Part shown: positions 42,157 through 56,227 of the stretch, in pieces
How positions within the stretch are numbered: the stretch's first letter is position 1
Layout of the letters: each line of letters opens with the position of its first letter
Source: the human T2T-CHM13v2.0 reference genome, Homo sapiens
DNA: 64,000 nucleotides
Strand: one strand, 5' to 3'
Assembly: GCF_009914755.1 (NCBI RefSeq)
Contig: NC_060930.1
Made by a program: the position numbers and the translations under genes
Notes under the pieces: model-generated
Told to the model about the DNA's origin: nothing
Seen by the model: the letters and a program-made list of their open reading frames with translations, nothing else
Database searches by the model: none

Positions 42157-43199
42157 AATTTAGAGTTAAATCTTTAACTTATCACAGTCTATTTTCAAGT
42201 GCTATTGTGCCACTTCATATATAGTATGGGAATCTTACTTACATATTGTAATTTTTTCCACTTCAGTCCTTTATGCTATTGTTATGTATTCACCAACACA
42301 AAAGAACAAAGAACACTGAAAATCAAAGCTATGTGGATAAGCATTTTTATTTCTACAAATATTATAACCCCCATGCTACATTGTTATTTCTTTGTTTTAA
42401 CAATACTATTTGGTTAAACAGTAAGAAAAAATATATTTATCCACATAGCTTCGATTTTCAGTGTTCTTTTTTCTTTTGTGTTGATTCAGATATTTATCCA
42501 GTGCCACTTTTCTTCTGCTTGAATTTCATTAGCATTTCTCATAGTGTGAATTCTGGTGATAATTTTTTTTAACTTTTTTATGTCTGGAAAAGTTCGTATT
42601 TGTCTTTACTTTTGAAATATATTTTTTCCTTGTGTAAAATTTAAGTTGAGTTTTTTATTTCATTATTTTAAACACATTGCTCTATTATCTTTTGGACTAC
42701 AGTGTTTTCAATGAGAAATGTGCTGTCTTCCTTATCTTTGTTGCTTTTTATATAACAAAGTTTTTTTCCATGTATACTTTTAAGGTTGTTTCTTTATCAC
42801 TGGTTTTGAGCAACTAGAATATGATGTGCATTGGTATAGATTTCCTCATGATTCTCCTACTTTAGATTTTCTTGAGCTTGGTGTACCTTTGAGTTTATAA
42901 TTTTCATCATATATGTGGAAAAATTGGCCTTTATTTGTTCAGTTAATTTTCTGTCCCATCATAATCTTCTATTTTTTGAGTCCTCCAATTACTCATATGT
43001 TAGACCACTTGTAGTTATGTAACAGCTCACAACTCACTAATTCTCTGTTCAGTTTGTTTTAATTCTTTTTATACATCTTTTTTTGTTTCTATTGCTATGT
43101 CTTAGAGTTTACTAATATTTTACAATATCTCATCTTCAGTTAATCCTATCCAGTGTATTCTTCATCTCACATATTTTAGTTTTATCTCTAGAAGTTCAG

Positions 43200-43472
43200 T
43201 TCACACACACACATATATATGTATATGTGTGTGCCTATATATGTGTGTATATATATGGGGGAATATATATAATATAAAACTCATATTTCATATGTAATAT
43301 GACATATATAATATTGAACTTTATAACAGATATATAGTATATAATATATAAGACTCTATTATATATCTTATGTATTTTATAGTTTCACATGATATATAAA
43401 TTCCCCTGTGTGTGTAAATATATGTGTGTGTGTATATGTGTGTGTATATATATCTCTCTCTATATATGTATA
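43200..43472. repeat. Compound (CA)/(TA)/(TG) low-complexity microsatellite
   Basis: Directly visible dinucleotide runs. Confidence 0.9.
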
Positions 43473-44439
43473 ACCCCCCATGTCTCCATGTCTTTTTGTC
43501 CCATGTACTTAATATGTTCAATCCTTCCTCTAGCTTTTGAACATATAAGGAATAATTATAGTGACTGCTTTCATGTCCTGTCTACTAATTTTAATATCTG
43601 TTCCTATTCTGGGTCAGTTACAATTGGTTGATTTTTCTCCAATGATGGGCCAGTCATATTTTCCTGGTTCTTTGGATACTTGGTCTTTTTAATTGAATGA
43701 CAGGCAATGTGAATTTTGCTTGGTTTGGTACAAGTTACTTTTGTATTTCTAGAAATGTTCTTTACTTTTAGTCTCAATGCACTTAAGTTACTTGGAAACA
43801 GTTTGATCCTTTCTGGTCTTGCTTTAAATTTGTTTGTGAGGACAAAGGCAACATTTAATCTCGGGCTTATTTTATCGCATTACTGAGGCAAGACCTTTCT
43901 GAATACTTTACATCATGTGCCTCAAATGTTGAGGTTTTCTAGTCTGGCTGGTGGGAATAGGCACTTTTTATGGCCCTGGGAGAGTACTAGATACTGGCCC
44001 CTCTAATTAAAGAGGATAGATTTTTCTTTGCCTGGAGTAGTCTCATTACATTCATACAGCAATGAGTATTCTTTTGTAGACTAGAGACGAATGCTCCACA
44101 GTTCTTTGGGGTTTGCACTCTGTGAAGCTTTCTTCTCATTGGTAATCTTTTCTACAACTCTATTCGTTTTGATTGTTATGGATTTTCAGCTGTTTTCTTC
44201 ACTTACAGAGTCTGCCCGTCTCCTCTGGGTAGCCCCTTCCTGCACAGAAACCTGGAAACTCTTTCAAGACAGGAAGCTCGGGCAGTAGGACTCACCTGCT
44301 TTGGCTCCCATCTCTCAGGGATCGCTGTCTTTAATCTGATGTACTGAAAACTATTTTTCCATATATTTTGTCTGGATTTTTAGTTGTTTCAAGTAGAACA
44401 GTTCTTCTAACTCCTTAGCCAGATGTGAAAGTCTCCCAC

Positions 44440-44950
44440 CATTCTATTTTACCTACACATCTAAAATATTTCCTACATTCTCTCCCTCCATTTTTACTCT
44501 CTTCTAGTAAACTTCCTTTGTTGCAATGAGAGTGATTCTTCTAAAATACATAGTTAATCAAGAAAAACTTGGCTTTAAAATGTTAAGGGCTTCTGCTAGC
44601 ATTTAGCATGCATGCACACTCACACACACACACACACACACACACACAAAGAAAACTAATAAAAATTTAATATGGTTTAGAAAGAAGCTTTTCATTCAAA
44701 TCTGGCCTCAACTTCTCCAGTCCAGTATCTTTCAAGTCTTCCTCTGTAACCTATATTCCAGCCACACTGAACTTGGAGTTCTTCAAAGGTGCAAGACAGT
44801 CTCGCATCTTTTAGATACTGATACATACTTTCCCCTTTCTCCTAGTTATTTCCTACTCTTCTTTAATTATCTCCTACTTATCTTTAAGTGGAGGACATTT
44901 GAAGTATACTTCCTATAGGTTTAACTCAGTGTCTACCACATAACAGGCAA
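44440..44950 (+). mobile_element. L2 3' region, containing (CA)n at 44621-44648
   Basis: gagagtgat..ttctaaaa..tctggcct..ccagccacactg. Confidence 0.6.
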
Positions 44951-46199
44951 ATAAGAAATATTTCCTTTTGCATATTGTTATTTGGTGTTGGGGAAGACAG
45001 GATGGAGGTTAGACAAAATCTGAATATTTGTGATATTTTGTTTTTAAAACTAAATGAGTTCTTAAATAAAATTATGTTACTCATGCCTGTCTTCTGAAGG
45101 TCTTTATTTTTTTTTAACTGAATAGTTAGAAGTATGTTTGTTTTCAACAGCTCAAGTCTGCAGCAGAGTTTATCCACCTGCTTCCTGTTCTCATCTCTCT
45201 TTTACTGAGTCATCTGGACTTCCTCCAGGGCTCTCCATTTAGTACCAGATTTCACCCAATTTAAGGCCGGCATAATCGTTCAATTTTATTCCAAGAAAAG
45301 TTCTTCTACTCCTTCCCCAGGCCAGCTGGAATCTTCTTAAAACCCTTTCCAATATTCATGGGCTATCTTCTGTTCCAGGTTCCTCTTGACTTGGCTTTTT
45401 CTCGTAATACCAGATTCTCTAATGAGGCAAAGGCTATTGGTCTTGACTGGTGGTGGGCAGAATTCCTAGTCCTATTACAAACCACCAAGCAGAAATTATT
45501 TAGCTAGTGAGACAAGATGGTATTTAAATTGTTTTTTAAATCAAAGGAAAAAACAAAAGGCAAAATCTTATTTTTACACTTGAGAAGAATGTCTGTAAGA
45601 CGGTATTCTCACGTAAAACTAAAATGCTTTAAGTTACTAACATGAAACTCTATTTTGCACAGTTTTAGAGGAATTTCTTTTTTCAGTTAAATGACTTGAA
45701 AGTATGTGTATGATAATGCTTCAAAAGAAAAAAATAATTGCTTTGGTTTTACTTCTTCAGACTTTTTGAATATAGACTGCACTTAATTATTTGAATCATA
45801 TATCCGTCTGTCATAAAATATTAAGCACTGATATACGAAAAACAATGCTTGATTTTGGGAATATGTAAGAGTCAACAATGGACATGTAGTGTCTGCTTTC
45901 ATGTACCTGTATGTAAACAGATCACTAAAAGGCAAGTTATTGGCTCAGAGCTGAACTGTAAAAGTTTAGAGCATCTACATTGCCTAACTATATTCTATAC
46001 CTTTTTTTTATATTCTGCAGAAACTGATATATTAACTAAATTTGTCTTCTTTTTTCCTTATTGCTTCTTCGTATTCCAGGGGCACAGAATCAGATTAATT
46101 ATTCTGGGGCACAGAATCAGATTAATATTTATCTTTGTTTTATCCCATACTCTCATTAGTGGTGCTTGTGTACGGTATTTATTAGTCTGTTTTTGTTTA

Positions 46200-46720
46200 T
46201 AAGTAATAATGTAACAAACACCAGTTTCTTACCTGACACCCAGTTTAGAAACTACAACATCTAATGATCTGGTTCTTCTCCTTTGTGTTCTCTATGTACT
46301 TTCTCACCAACTTCCAGTCCCTATTTTTCTGAATTATGTTTGGATATTCTCTTGCTTTAAAAAATATGACTTACTCATAGCTATGTATCTATAAAAAGTA
46401 AATTGCTGTTTTACAAATATATTATGTAGTATTTTAGCTTTTTGGATTTACTTCCCCCACTTAAGCAGTTTTTATTTATACATGTCATTGTGTGTAGTAT
46501 TTATTCATTCATTATTTAACATTATTGCATTTTGGGAATATAAACTAATGTGTTCATTCATTTGCCTGCCAGTGTGTTTTTGGATTGTTTTCAGATTTTT
46601 GCTATTATGAACATTGCCAATATAAACTGGTATGTACTGATATTCTGTACTTATGCACTGGTCTACCTTTGCAAACAATTATCTTTGGTATAAAATTGTC
46701 TGAATTAACCATGATTTTCC
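46200..46720 (-). mobile_element. L1ME 3' end fragment
   Basis: aataatgtaacaaacacc..cacccagttta; ttggattgttttcagatttttgctattatgaa. Confidence 0.55.
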
Positions 46721-46884
46721 TAAAAGTTATCAGAACAAAACAGGAGTGTTCTAAACTTTGTTGTTATATGATCTCATGGATCTCAGATAAATTTTATTTA
46801 TTGTAATGTACGTGTGTGTAGAAATGTAATTTTAATACTTTTCTAAAAGTTCATTTTTTCTGAAATCTCAAATTTTTTGTTCAA

Positions 46885-47030
46885 GGATTAAATTCAACCT
46901 GCAAACGTTTTTGTTTGCCTCACAGAATGTTTTAAAATATTAGATGCAAACATTTACTTATTGGAATATAAAATCAAGTCTTGTTTTCTATCTCCTCTGA
47001 ATAATAGAGCAATTTGGCAGCACTGAGTCT
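46885..47030. mobile_element. hAT-Charlie MITE fragment (MER103-like)
   Basis: aaattcaacctgca..gtttttgtttg.c.cacag..tgttttaaaa..tggcagcactg. Confidence 0.4.
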
Positions 47031-47079
47031 TTATTTCATACAATTAGCAAGAACTGTAGTGACAGACTCCTTGAAACTG

Positions 47080-47845
47080 GGTATCAGCTCGGAGGCATAA
47101 GGCTGTAAGAGAATATTTGACTAAAAGTGAACTAAAGAAAGGTAGTTTAATAATAAATCTCCCTTTACTCCAGAGGTAGATGATTTTAGCAGTTCAGTTT
47201 CTCAACGACCCTCTTGGATTTCCCCTCATTGCCACAGGATGACAGCTACATTGCCAATCATTGTATCTTCAAATGACAGTGTCCAAGGCTGGCAGGAAGA
47301 AATTAGCTTTCTCTTCTTTATCAGGAAAGAAAAGTTTTCCAGCTATCTCATCAGGTTCCATTGGTTAGGATTGTGACTGACTGTCTTAGTCTGCTTTGTG
47401 CTTACAGAGTACCTGAGACTGGGTAGTTTATCATGAAGAAAAATTTATTGACTCATAGTTCTGGAGGCTGTAAAGGCCGATATGAAGGTGCCAGTATCTT
47501 ACAAGGGCCTTCTTGCTGCATCATCACATAGCAGGACAAAGAGAGAGCAAGAGGGGACCAAACTTGTCCTTTTATAATGGCACCAATTCCACCCATGAGG
47601 GTGGAGCCCTTGTGGTCTAATCACCTCTAAAATGTGATTACTTAATACTGTTGCAACATCAAATTTCAACATCAGTTTTTGAGGAAACAAACATTCAAAC
47701 TACAGCACTGACAGATGGATGCAATGGTCTAGCTGCGAGGGAGGCTGCATAAGTAAATACCTCAATTTTTTAATCTTTCCATCAGGAGGCAGGTTCTGCC
47801 AGAAAGGAATAAGCGACTCAGACAGTTTTCCAATGTTTCTGCCTA
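47080..47845 (-). mobile_element. Old MLT1 (J/K-like) LTR split by an MST LTR
   Basis: cacaggatgacagct..ttccattggttaggattg..ctagctgc.agggaggctg. Confidence 0.55.
47382..47707 (-). mobile_element. MST (C/D/B2-like) solo LTR
   Basis: tgtcttagtc...aaactacagca; perfect TSD ctgac. Confidence 0.85.
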
Positions 47846-49599
47846 GAACACTTCACTAATATGCAATTTCTTCATGGCCTATGTAGGCATTTGTGAACTT
47901 TGCTCAACATAATTATTTATCAGATAATTTTAAAGAGTTCTCAGGCTTATGCAAACTTGAGCAACATTTTTATTGACCAGAAAATATTACTGTTTCTTAT
48001 TTCAATTTATATGTTACTACTAAAAGTGTAAATACATTTTGGCAATATGCAGTGACAATGACTTCTTTAATTCAGATCTCAATAAAAAGCAAAATATAAT
48101 TAGCAACTAAAATGGAATGGAGTATTTAGAATTTCAGGCTATTTTTTAAGACTTTGGCAAGGAAGTCAGTAATTATTTCCAGACGTAGATTGATCCAATT
48201 CTGTTAATAGGATGATTTGCTGCAAATTTTATAGAAATTTACATTTCTATAAAATGCAAATTTTTCTAAATATTTATAGAAAAATGTTTATGAAGTGAAA
48301 TATAATACAAGAAAAAATACTTTCAACTTATGAATTCTTCTTTTTTCATCTTATTTTTAAAGGTGAACAGGTGCTCTTTTGCCTAATTAGAAAGAACATG
48401 CTAAATACCATGTTGTTTCTCAGTGGGTATATCAGTTAATGTAATTAAAACATCTATTTTTTTCACTGGATAACCATTTCTCATGGTTAGCTAAAAAAAG
48501 TAAGCCAAGAGCTGTAAACAGATTTTACAAATTGAGAGGAAATGGAAAATATCGTCCTAATACCATTTTCTCATATGATAGAGCGCAGAATTTTTAACAA
48601 GCTATTTGGAGTAAAAGAATCCATTGATATGTGTTCAATATGTTTATGTTATTCAACATCTCTTTTAATGGCCTCTTACAAACTATTTGATGTTTCTTTT
48701 TGTACTAAACCCTTTTATTAAAATTATGTATCTTGTATCTCCTTATCCCAAAGCAAAACTTACACTAAACTTTCTTTTCTGTGGCCAGGTAGGACAGTGG
48801 TCAGTGCCTCCTGAAGTTACTGAAGGCATGATTCTTACTTGCTTCTCTTAGGTCTCTTAGGTCTGCTTTTGTATTCAGAATTTTTTTCTTAAGGTTGCAT
48901 TTGTAATTTATTACTTTACCACAAGGGTGCACTAAGAAGCCCGCATAAACACAAGAATCAGCTACTTAATTTGCTGTGACTTATTTAACCAGAGCAATAA
49001 AACGTTTTTTCACTTGAAAGTGTTGGTACTCAAAGAACTTTCCTACATTGTTAGAGGTACTGTGCATAGGAGCAATACTATATTTCCCTCAAAAATAAAA
49101 TACAAAAGATAGAGTGTGTTTCTATAAACTAATCATTAAATATTTAAAATATTTCATAGATTGTTTCAGGCATGAAAATAAATTCAGTCAAGGATTTTTT
49201 TATGTCGTTGGCAATTAAAAAATTAGTTTCCTCTTGGAAAAAAATTTAATTATTTGGGAGAAATTGTGATAGGGTTTTAGCATATATTCTAATTGTGAAC
49301 TGTAAAACTTTATATCTTGTTAGCTTCATGTCAATTTTTCTTCATTACTTGAATTGTTACATAAAATTATCTATTGGGTTTTTATAAGCCTTACATAAAT
49401 CAAGAAGCATTTAACATACTGCATATACAATCTGCACTATTGGAAATGAGGCGATTTCTTTTCAAAAATCAAACATTCACACCAACAATAGTGCCCCAAA
49501 CCTAATTATGTCTCTATATTAGAAACACATCATGTCTGCCTTCTTATTGACAAGTGGCAATCATTTTTCTTTTAGATAAAGCTTTGCAATTGTTGACAT

Positions 49600-49745
49600 A
49601 TAGATCTGACACATCCTTTATTCTGCAGTGAACATTATTAACTGCCTATTGTATGTCAGGCACTGTGATAGATTTTGCAGAATCAAGAATTAATAACAGC
49701 AACAACAAAGACCCCTTTAAAGGCTTTCACGATCTATCAGGATGG
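49600..49745 (-). mobile_element. L2 3' end fragment
   Basis: aacatta..tgccta..tatgtcaggcactgtg.tag. Confidence 0.5.
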
Positions 49746-49871
49746 TAGTGGAGATGGAGTTACTAGAGAGGAGTGTGAGGGGTCAAAGCTTTCTTCAATA
49801 TGCATTGGAGAGTCTGCATTAGCAGAGTGAATTTATTTGCAAGGGACATAATGCCATATTATGTTTTTATG

Positions 49872-50030
49872 TTTGGTAGTGGAAGAAGCACTAGCTTGAG
49901 AAGCAGAAGTTTTCTGAGTTTTAGACTCAGCTCAATCAATAATACCTTGGAAAATTCAAAATATCTCATTTGCAAAATACAAGATGTAGAGTAAATGACC
50001 TTTCTATTTTCTCTGAGCTTTAACATGCTT
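49872..50030 (+). mobile_element. MIR-family SINE
   Basis: gtagtggaagaagcact..accttgg..ctcattt.caaaa..aaatgacct. Confidence 0.55.
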
Positions 50031-50409
50031 TCATGTCACTTATGTGACTGCATAATTAAAAGATTTGCTCCATTACAATGCAAAAGAAACTGGATTGCAA
50101 ACAATATTTTGTAGTAACAGGACAATACATATATTGTAAGCTTTTAATTTTGAATATAAAGACATTATTCATTTTTACAGTTTAGTTCAGCAGTGGGCAT
50201 CTTGCCCATATGATAGGCACAAAATGACCCCTTACATAGAAAATAATCCTTTGAATACCACAACATTCCAGTCCACTGCTATTCATTATGGTAAATTTCT
50301 TGGTAGGCTAATTGGCTTGATGATGAAAAAAATGTAGAATATCAGTCCAAGAAGTTATACTTAACATTGAAAATTACATACTGTGGGATTTTTTTTACTC
50401 TGTTAACAA

Positions 50410-53400
50410 CTTTTTATTTTTTATCTTTCTATATTTTTATTTTAATTTTTTATTTCAACAGTTTTTGGGAACAGGTGGGTTTTAGTTACATGAATAAGTT
50501 CCTCAGTGGTGATTTCTGAGATTTTGGTGCACCCATCACCCGAGCAGTGTACACTGTATCCAAGGTGTAGTCTTTTATCCCTCATCGCATCCCACCCTTC
50601 CCCCAGAGTTCTCAAAGTCTATTATATCATTCTTATGCCTTTGAATCCTCATAGCTTAGCTCCCACTTATAAGTGAGAACATGTGATATTTGATTTTCCA
50701 TTCCTGACTTACTTCACTTAGAGTAATGGTCTCCAACCCCATCCAAGTTGCTGTAAATGCCATTATTTCATTTTTTTAAATGGCTCAGTAGTATTCTGCG
50801 GTGTATATATACCAGATTTTCTTTATTCACTCATTGGCTGATGGGCATTTATGTTGGATCCATATTTTGCAATTCTGAATTGTGCTACTATAAACGTGTG
50901 TACAAGTGTGTTTTTCATATAATGACTTCTGTTCCTTTGCACAGATACCTAGTAGTGGGATTGCTGCATTAAATGATGATAGTTCTACTTTTAGTTCTTT
51001 AAGGAATCTCTGTAGCGTTTCCTATAGTGGTTGTGCTAGTTTACATTCCCACCAGCAGTTAGTGTTCCCTTTTCACCACATCCATGCCAACATCTATTAT
51101 TTTTTGCTTTTTAAATTATGGCCATTTTTGCAAGAGTAAGGTGGTAGCACGTTTTGGTTTTAATCTGCATTTCCCTGAACATCAGTGATGTTGAGCATTT
51201 TTTTCATGTCTGTTGGCCATTTGTATATCTTATTTTGAGAACTGTCTATTCATGTCCTTTGCCCACTTTTTGATGGGGTTGTTTTTTACTTGCTGATTTG
51301 TTTGAGTTCCTTATAGATTCTGGATATTAGTCCTTTGTTGGATGCATAGTTTGCAAATATCTTCTCCCACGTTTACTCTGCTGATTATTTCTTTTGCTGT
51401 GCAGAAGCTTTTTAGTTTAATTAGGTCCCATTTATTTATTTTTGTTTTTGTTGCATTTGCTTTTAAGTTGTTGGCCAGGAATTCTTTGCCTAAGCCAATA
51501 TCTAGAAGAGTTTTTCCGATGTTATCTTCTAGAATTTTTAATGGCTTCAGGTCTTAGATTTAGATCTTTGATCCATCTTGAGCTGATTTTTGTATAAGGT
51601 GAGAGAAGAGGATCTAGTTTCATTCTTTTACATATGGCTTGCCAGTTTTCCCAGCACCATTTGTTGAATAGGGTCACCTTTCCCCACTTTATGTTTTGTT
51701 TGCTTTGTCAAAGATCAGTTGGCTGTTAAGTATTTGGCCTTAATTCTGGCTTTTCTATTCTGTTCCATTGGTCTTTATACCAGTACCTTGCCATTTTGTT
51801 AACGATAGCCTTGCAGTATAGCTTGAAGTTGGGTAATGTGATGCCTCCAGATTCGTTCTTTTTGCTTAGCATTGCTTTGGCTATCTGGGCTCTTTTTTGG
51901 TTTCATGTGAATTTTAGAATTTTTTTTCTAGTTCTGGGAAGAATGATGATGGTAGTTTGATGGGAATTGCATGGAACTGTAGATTACTTTTGGCAGTATG
52001 GTCATTTTCACAATATTGATTCTACCCATCCATGAGTATGGGATATGTTTCCATTTGTTTGTGTCATCTATTATTTCTTTCAGCAGTGTGTCATAGTTTT
52101 CCTTGTAGAGATCTTTCACCTCCTTGGTTAAGTATATCCCTAAGTATGTTATATATTTTTTGCAGCTGTTGTAAAAGGGATTGAGTTTTTGATTTGATTC
52201 TCAGCTTGGTCACTGTTGGTGTATAGCAATGTTGTTGACTTGTGCACATTGATTTTCTATCCTGAAACTTTACTGAATTTCTTTATCAGATCTAGGAGCT
52301 TTTTGGATGAGTTTTTTTTTTTTAGATGGAATCTCGCTCTGTTACCCAGGCTGGAATGCAGTGGCATGATATCTGCTCATTGCAACCTTCCTCTGCCTCT
52401 TGGGTTCAAGCTATTCTTCTGTCTTAGCCTCCTGAGTAGTAGCTGTGAATGAGTCTTTAGGATTTCCTATGTATAAAATCACAGCATTGGCAAACAGTGA
52501 CATTTTGACTTCCTCTTTTCCAGTTTGGATGTTCTTTATTTCTTTCTCTTGTCTGATTGCTCTGGGTAGGACTTCCAGTAATATGTTGAATAGAAATGGT
52601 AAAAGTGGGCATCCTTGTCTTGTTCCAGTTCTCAGGGGGAATGCTTTAAACTGTTCCCCATTCAGTATGATGCTGGCTGTGGGTTTTTCATATATGGCTT
52701 TTATTACTTTGAGACATGACTCTTCTAGGCCAATTTTGCTGAGGGTTTTTATCATAAAGGGATGCTGGATTTTGTCAAATGTTTTTTCTGCATCTATGAG
52801 ATGATCATATGATCTTTGTTTTTAATTCTGTTTATGTGATTTATTGCATTTATTGACTGCCAAGATGATACCCACTTGATCATGATGTATCATCTTTCTG
52901 ATATGGTGTAGGATTCAGTTAGCTAGTATTTTGTTGAGGATTTTTGCATCTATGTTTGTCAAGGATATTGGTCTCTAGTTTTCTTTTTTCTTTTTTTTTC
53001 TTTTTTGTTACAGCCTTTCCTCTTAGGGTGAAACTGGCTTCATAGAATGATTTAGGAAGGATTTCTTCTTTCTCCATCTTTTGGAATAGTTTCAGTAGGC
53101 TTGGTACCAATTCTTCTTTGAATGTCTGATGGAATTCAGCTATGAATCCATCTTGTCCTGGGCTTTATTTTGTTGACAATTTTTTTATTAGTGTTTCAAA
53201 CTTGCTACTTGCTATTGGTGTGTTCAGAGTTTCAATATCCTCCTGATTTAATCTAGGAGGGTTGAATATTTCCAGGAACTTATCCATCTCCTCCAGATGT
53301 TCTAGTTTGTCCATGTAAAGATGTTCATAGTAGCCTTAGATGATCTTTTGTATTTCTGTGGTATTGGTTGTAATATCTCCGGCTTCATTTCTAGTTGAGC

Positions 53401-54140
53401 TTAATTGTATCTTCTCTCTTCCTTTCTTGGTTAGTTTTGCTAATGGTCTATCAATTTTGTTTATCTGTTCAAAGAACTAGCTTTTTGTTTGATTGATCTT
53501 TCGTATTTCTTTTCAATTTTATTTAATTCTGTTCTGATCTTTGTTATTTCTTTTCTTTGCTGGTTTGGGGATTGGTTTGTTTTTGTTTCTCTAGTTCCTT
53601 GAGGTGTAACTTTAGGTTGTTTATTTGTGTTCTTTTAGACTTTTTTATATATGCATTTAATGCTATGAACTTTCCTCTTAGCACTGCTTTTGCTGTATCT
53701 CAGAGGTTTTGATAGGTTGTGTCAGTATTATCATTCAGTTCAAATAATTTTTAAATTTCATTTTGATTTTATTATTAACCCTAAGATCATTCAAGAGCAG
53801 GTTATTTAATTTCCGTGTATTTGTGTAGATCTCAGGGTTCCTTTTGGAGCTAATTTCTAGTTTTATTTTACTGTGGTCTGAGATGATACTTGATATAATT
53901 TTGATTTTATTAAATTTATTGAGACTTGTTTTGTGGCCTATTGTATGGTCTGTCTTGGAGAATGTTACATGTGCTGATGAAAAGAATGTATTCTGTATTG
54001 TTGGGTAGAATGTTTTATAAATATCTGTTAGGTCCATTTGTTCTAGGGTATAGCTGAAGTCTATTGTTTCTTTGTTGAGTTTCTGTCTTGATGACTTGTC
54101 TAGTGCTGTAAGTGGAATTTTGAAGTCACTCAATATTGTA
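50410..54140 (-). mobile_element. 5'-truncated L1PB1
   Basis: PB1 3'UTR gtggtgatttctgagattttggtgcacccatcacccgagcagtgtacac; ORF2 remnants extending into the EN domain (53735..54133). Confidence 0.88.
52312..52445 (-). mobile_element. 5'-truncated AluS (part of right monomer)
   Basis: Poly-T plus Alu; TSD tggatgagt/tgaatgagt. Confidence 0.85.
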
Positions 54141-54189
54141 GCATTTTACTGAGGACTTTATTTCCCATCATACCTATCATCACCTTTAT

Positions 54190-54830
54190 TTTAGATTTAA
54201 TTTTTTAAATTATAGAAAATGTAAAAATGTAATAAATGAGATAGAATGGTATAATAAATCCCCTGTATTCCTCACACAGCTTTGACAATTATCAACCCAT
54301 GATCAATCTTTATTACCATATGCCATCCACCCCTGATTATCATGTCATCTGAAAATATAATCACAAAGCAATCCAAACCATTTGTAAACCAGGTTCAGGC
54401 TTTTTCCTACTCTTTTCTCCTCCCACATGACCACCGGTGTGAGTTAACATGGGTGATAGGGGATTCTGGGATGTGTGATCATGTGCCTTTTTCATGTACT
54501 TTAGCCTTATTTGGGCTTGATCCTGGATGTATTATTTCCATCTTACAGTGTATGGCTTCCAGGTCTGCCTGACTTTATGACTTAGTGGACCCAATAGTAC
54601 ACAGCCTATGATAGGGTTTTTGAATGGTTTTTCTTCACAATTTTAGAAGCATTTTATATGTTTGTGATATTAACTGTTTTCTGTGACAGAGATTTACTTT
54701 TCTCACTTTCTCATTTGATTTCCACTTCGTTCATGACTTTTTTGGTCTCACAGATTTTATGTAATAAAATGTATCCATCTTTCTTTCTTATAGTTTTAGA
54801 ATCTGAAATTTAGAAATACATACAATTTTG
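54190..54830 (-). mobile_element. L1ME/MC fragments
   Basis: agaatggtataataaatcccc..cacagctttgacaattatcaac. Confidence 0.45.
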
Positions 54831-54943
54831 GTATAATGGTTATCCTTATACTAATGCCTTTATAACATATTCTTATTCCTTCCCCGCTGCCTTTTCCCCA
54901 CTATTGGCCACCGGTGTTCTACGATATTAATGAATTTAGTTAT

Positions 54944-55378
54944 TGTATTTATTTCTTAGGGTTACCATAACAAATTACCACAAACTCAGTGGCTTAAAAC
55001 AAAAGAAATTTTATTCTTTCATGGTTCTAGAGGCCAGAAGTACAAATTCCACGTGTCAGTAGGGCCATACTCCTTCCAGAGGGTTTAGGGAGATTTATTC
55101 CTTACCTCTTTTGGTTTCTGGTGGCATTTCTGGTCATTCCTTTGCTGAATAACCCCAGTCTTTTCTTTCATGATCACATTGCCTCCCGCCCTTCTCTATT
55201 CTCCTCTGTGTGCCTCTTATTCTTCTCATTGGATTTAGGGCACACTCAATCCAGGATGATCTCTTCTCAAGGTCCTTACCTTAATTACAGCTGTAAAGAC
55301 TCTTTTTCCAAATTAATATTTACAGGTCCCAAAATGTGATATGGGTATCTTTTGGGTGCTGGTTTTTAACTTATCACA
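54944..55378 (-). mobile_element. MLT1B/C solo LTR
   Basis: cataacaaattaccacaaactcagtggcttaaaacaa..ggttctagaggccagaagt; TSD gttat/gttag. Confidence 0.8.
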
Positions 55379-55559
55379 GTTAGTATCTGTTCTACTTCCT
55401 TCCCATACCCAATATAAAATAATTATAGTGTATGTATGCTTCCACAGAAATATAGCCATTGTGACTGTACTATTTTCTTTATAACTATCATTTAGTTTTA
55501 GGTCTATAGGTAAATATATACTTAACACTCATTCCAGAGCTCATGCTGATGGCTCCCAA

Positions 55560-56188
55560 TTTATGTAGGTTGTTGAAACTTCTTCTCTAACAGATTTCTC
55601 CACAAGTGCTCATAGAAGCAATATTCTCTGTGCTCTTGATGTTTCTAAGAGTTGAATGCCTTTTATGCCTGTATATATTATATGTTTATAGGCATGTATG
55701 GCAGTTAGCCTGAATAGAAAATCATTGATTTACATTTTCTTGCATCATGTTTTGAAATGTTTCTTCTTTGTCTTCTGACAGAAAGTGCTAATGTCAAATA
55801 GTCTAGTAAGGGTCCAATTTCCTTTCTCTTTTAAGTGTCTTGGTATTTTGCCTAGACACTCAAACTCCCCTACATGCTTTTTTTCTTTTTCCCCAAATAT
55901 AATAGTTTTCCTAAAAGTTGTCTGGATCTTTCCTGTTCTGGATCATTTGTCCATGTATACAGTGTGCCTTACAATATGTACTTTCAAGTTCTCCTTTTTT
56001 CAGGGAATTTTTGAATTGTGTTATTACTATTTCTTATTTCATGATCTTGGTTTTTATATGTTGGATCTCGCCTATCTTCCACCTATGTCTTTCATTTTCT
56101 TTTGAATCCCCACTTCATCTCTTTCTTCATTTTATGTTGATTTTTAAGCATTGGCTGCTTTCCATCTTCCTTTTCTCTGAAGTCATTA

Positions 56189-56227
<39 letters not shown>

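Larger units (their letters stand above)
40755..44420 (-). mobile_element. L1M 5' half (ORF2 start, ORF1, 5'UTR)
   Basis: tatggtctatcttggtaaatgttc (ORF2 EN); tttatcactggttttgagcaa..tgatgtgc (ORF1); L1M 5'UTR motifs at ~43700-44400. Confidence 0.7.
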
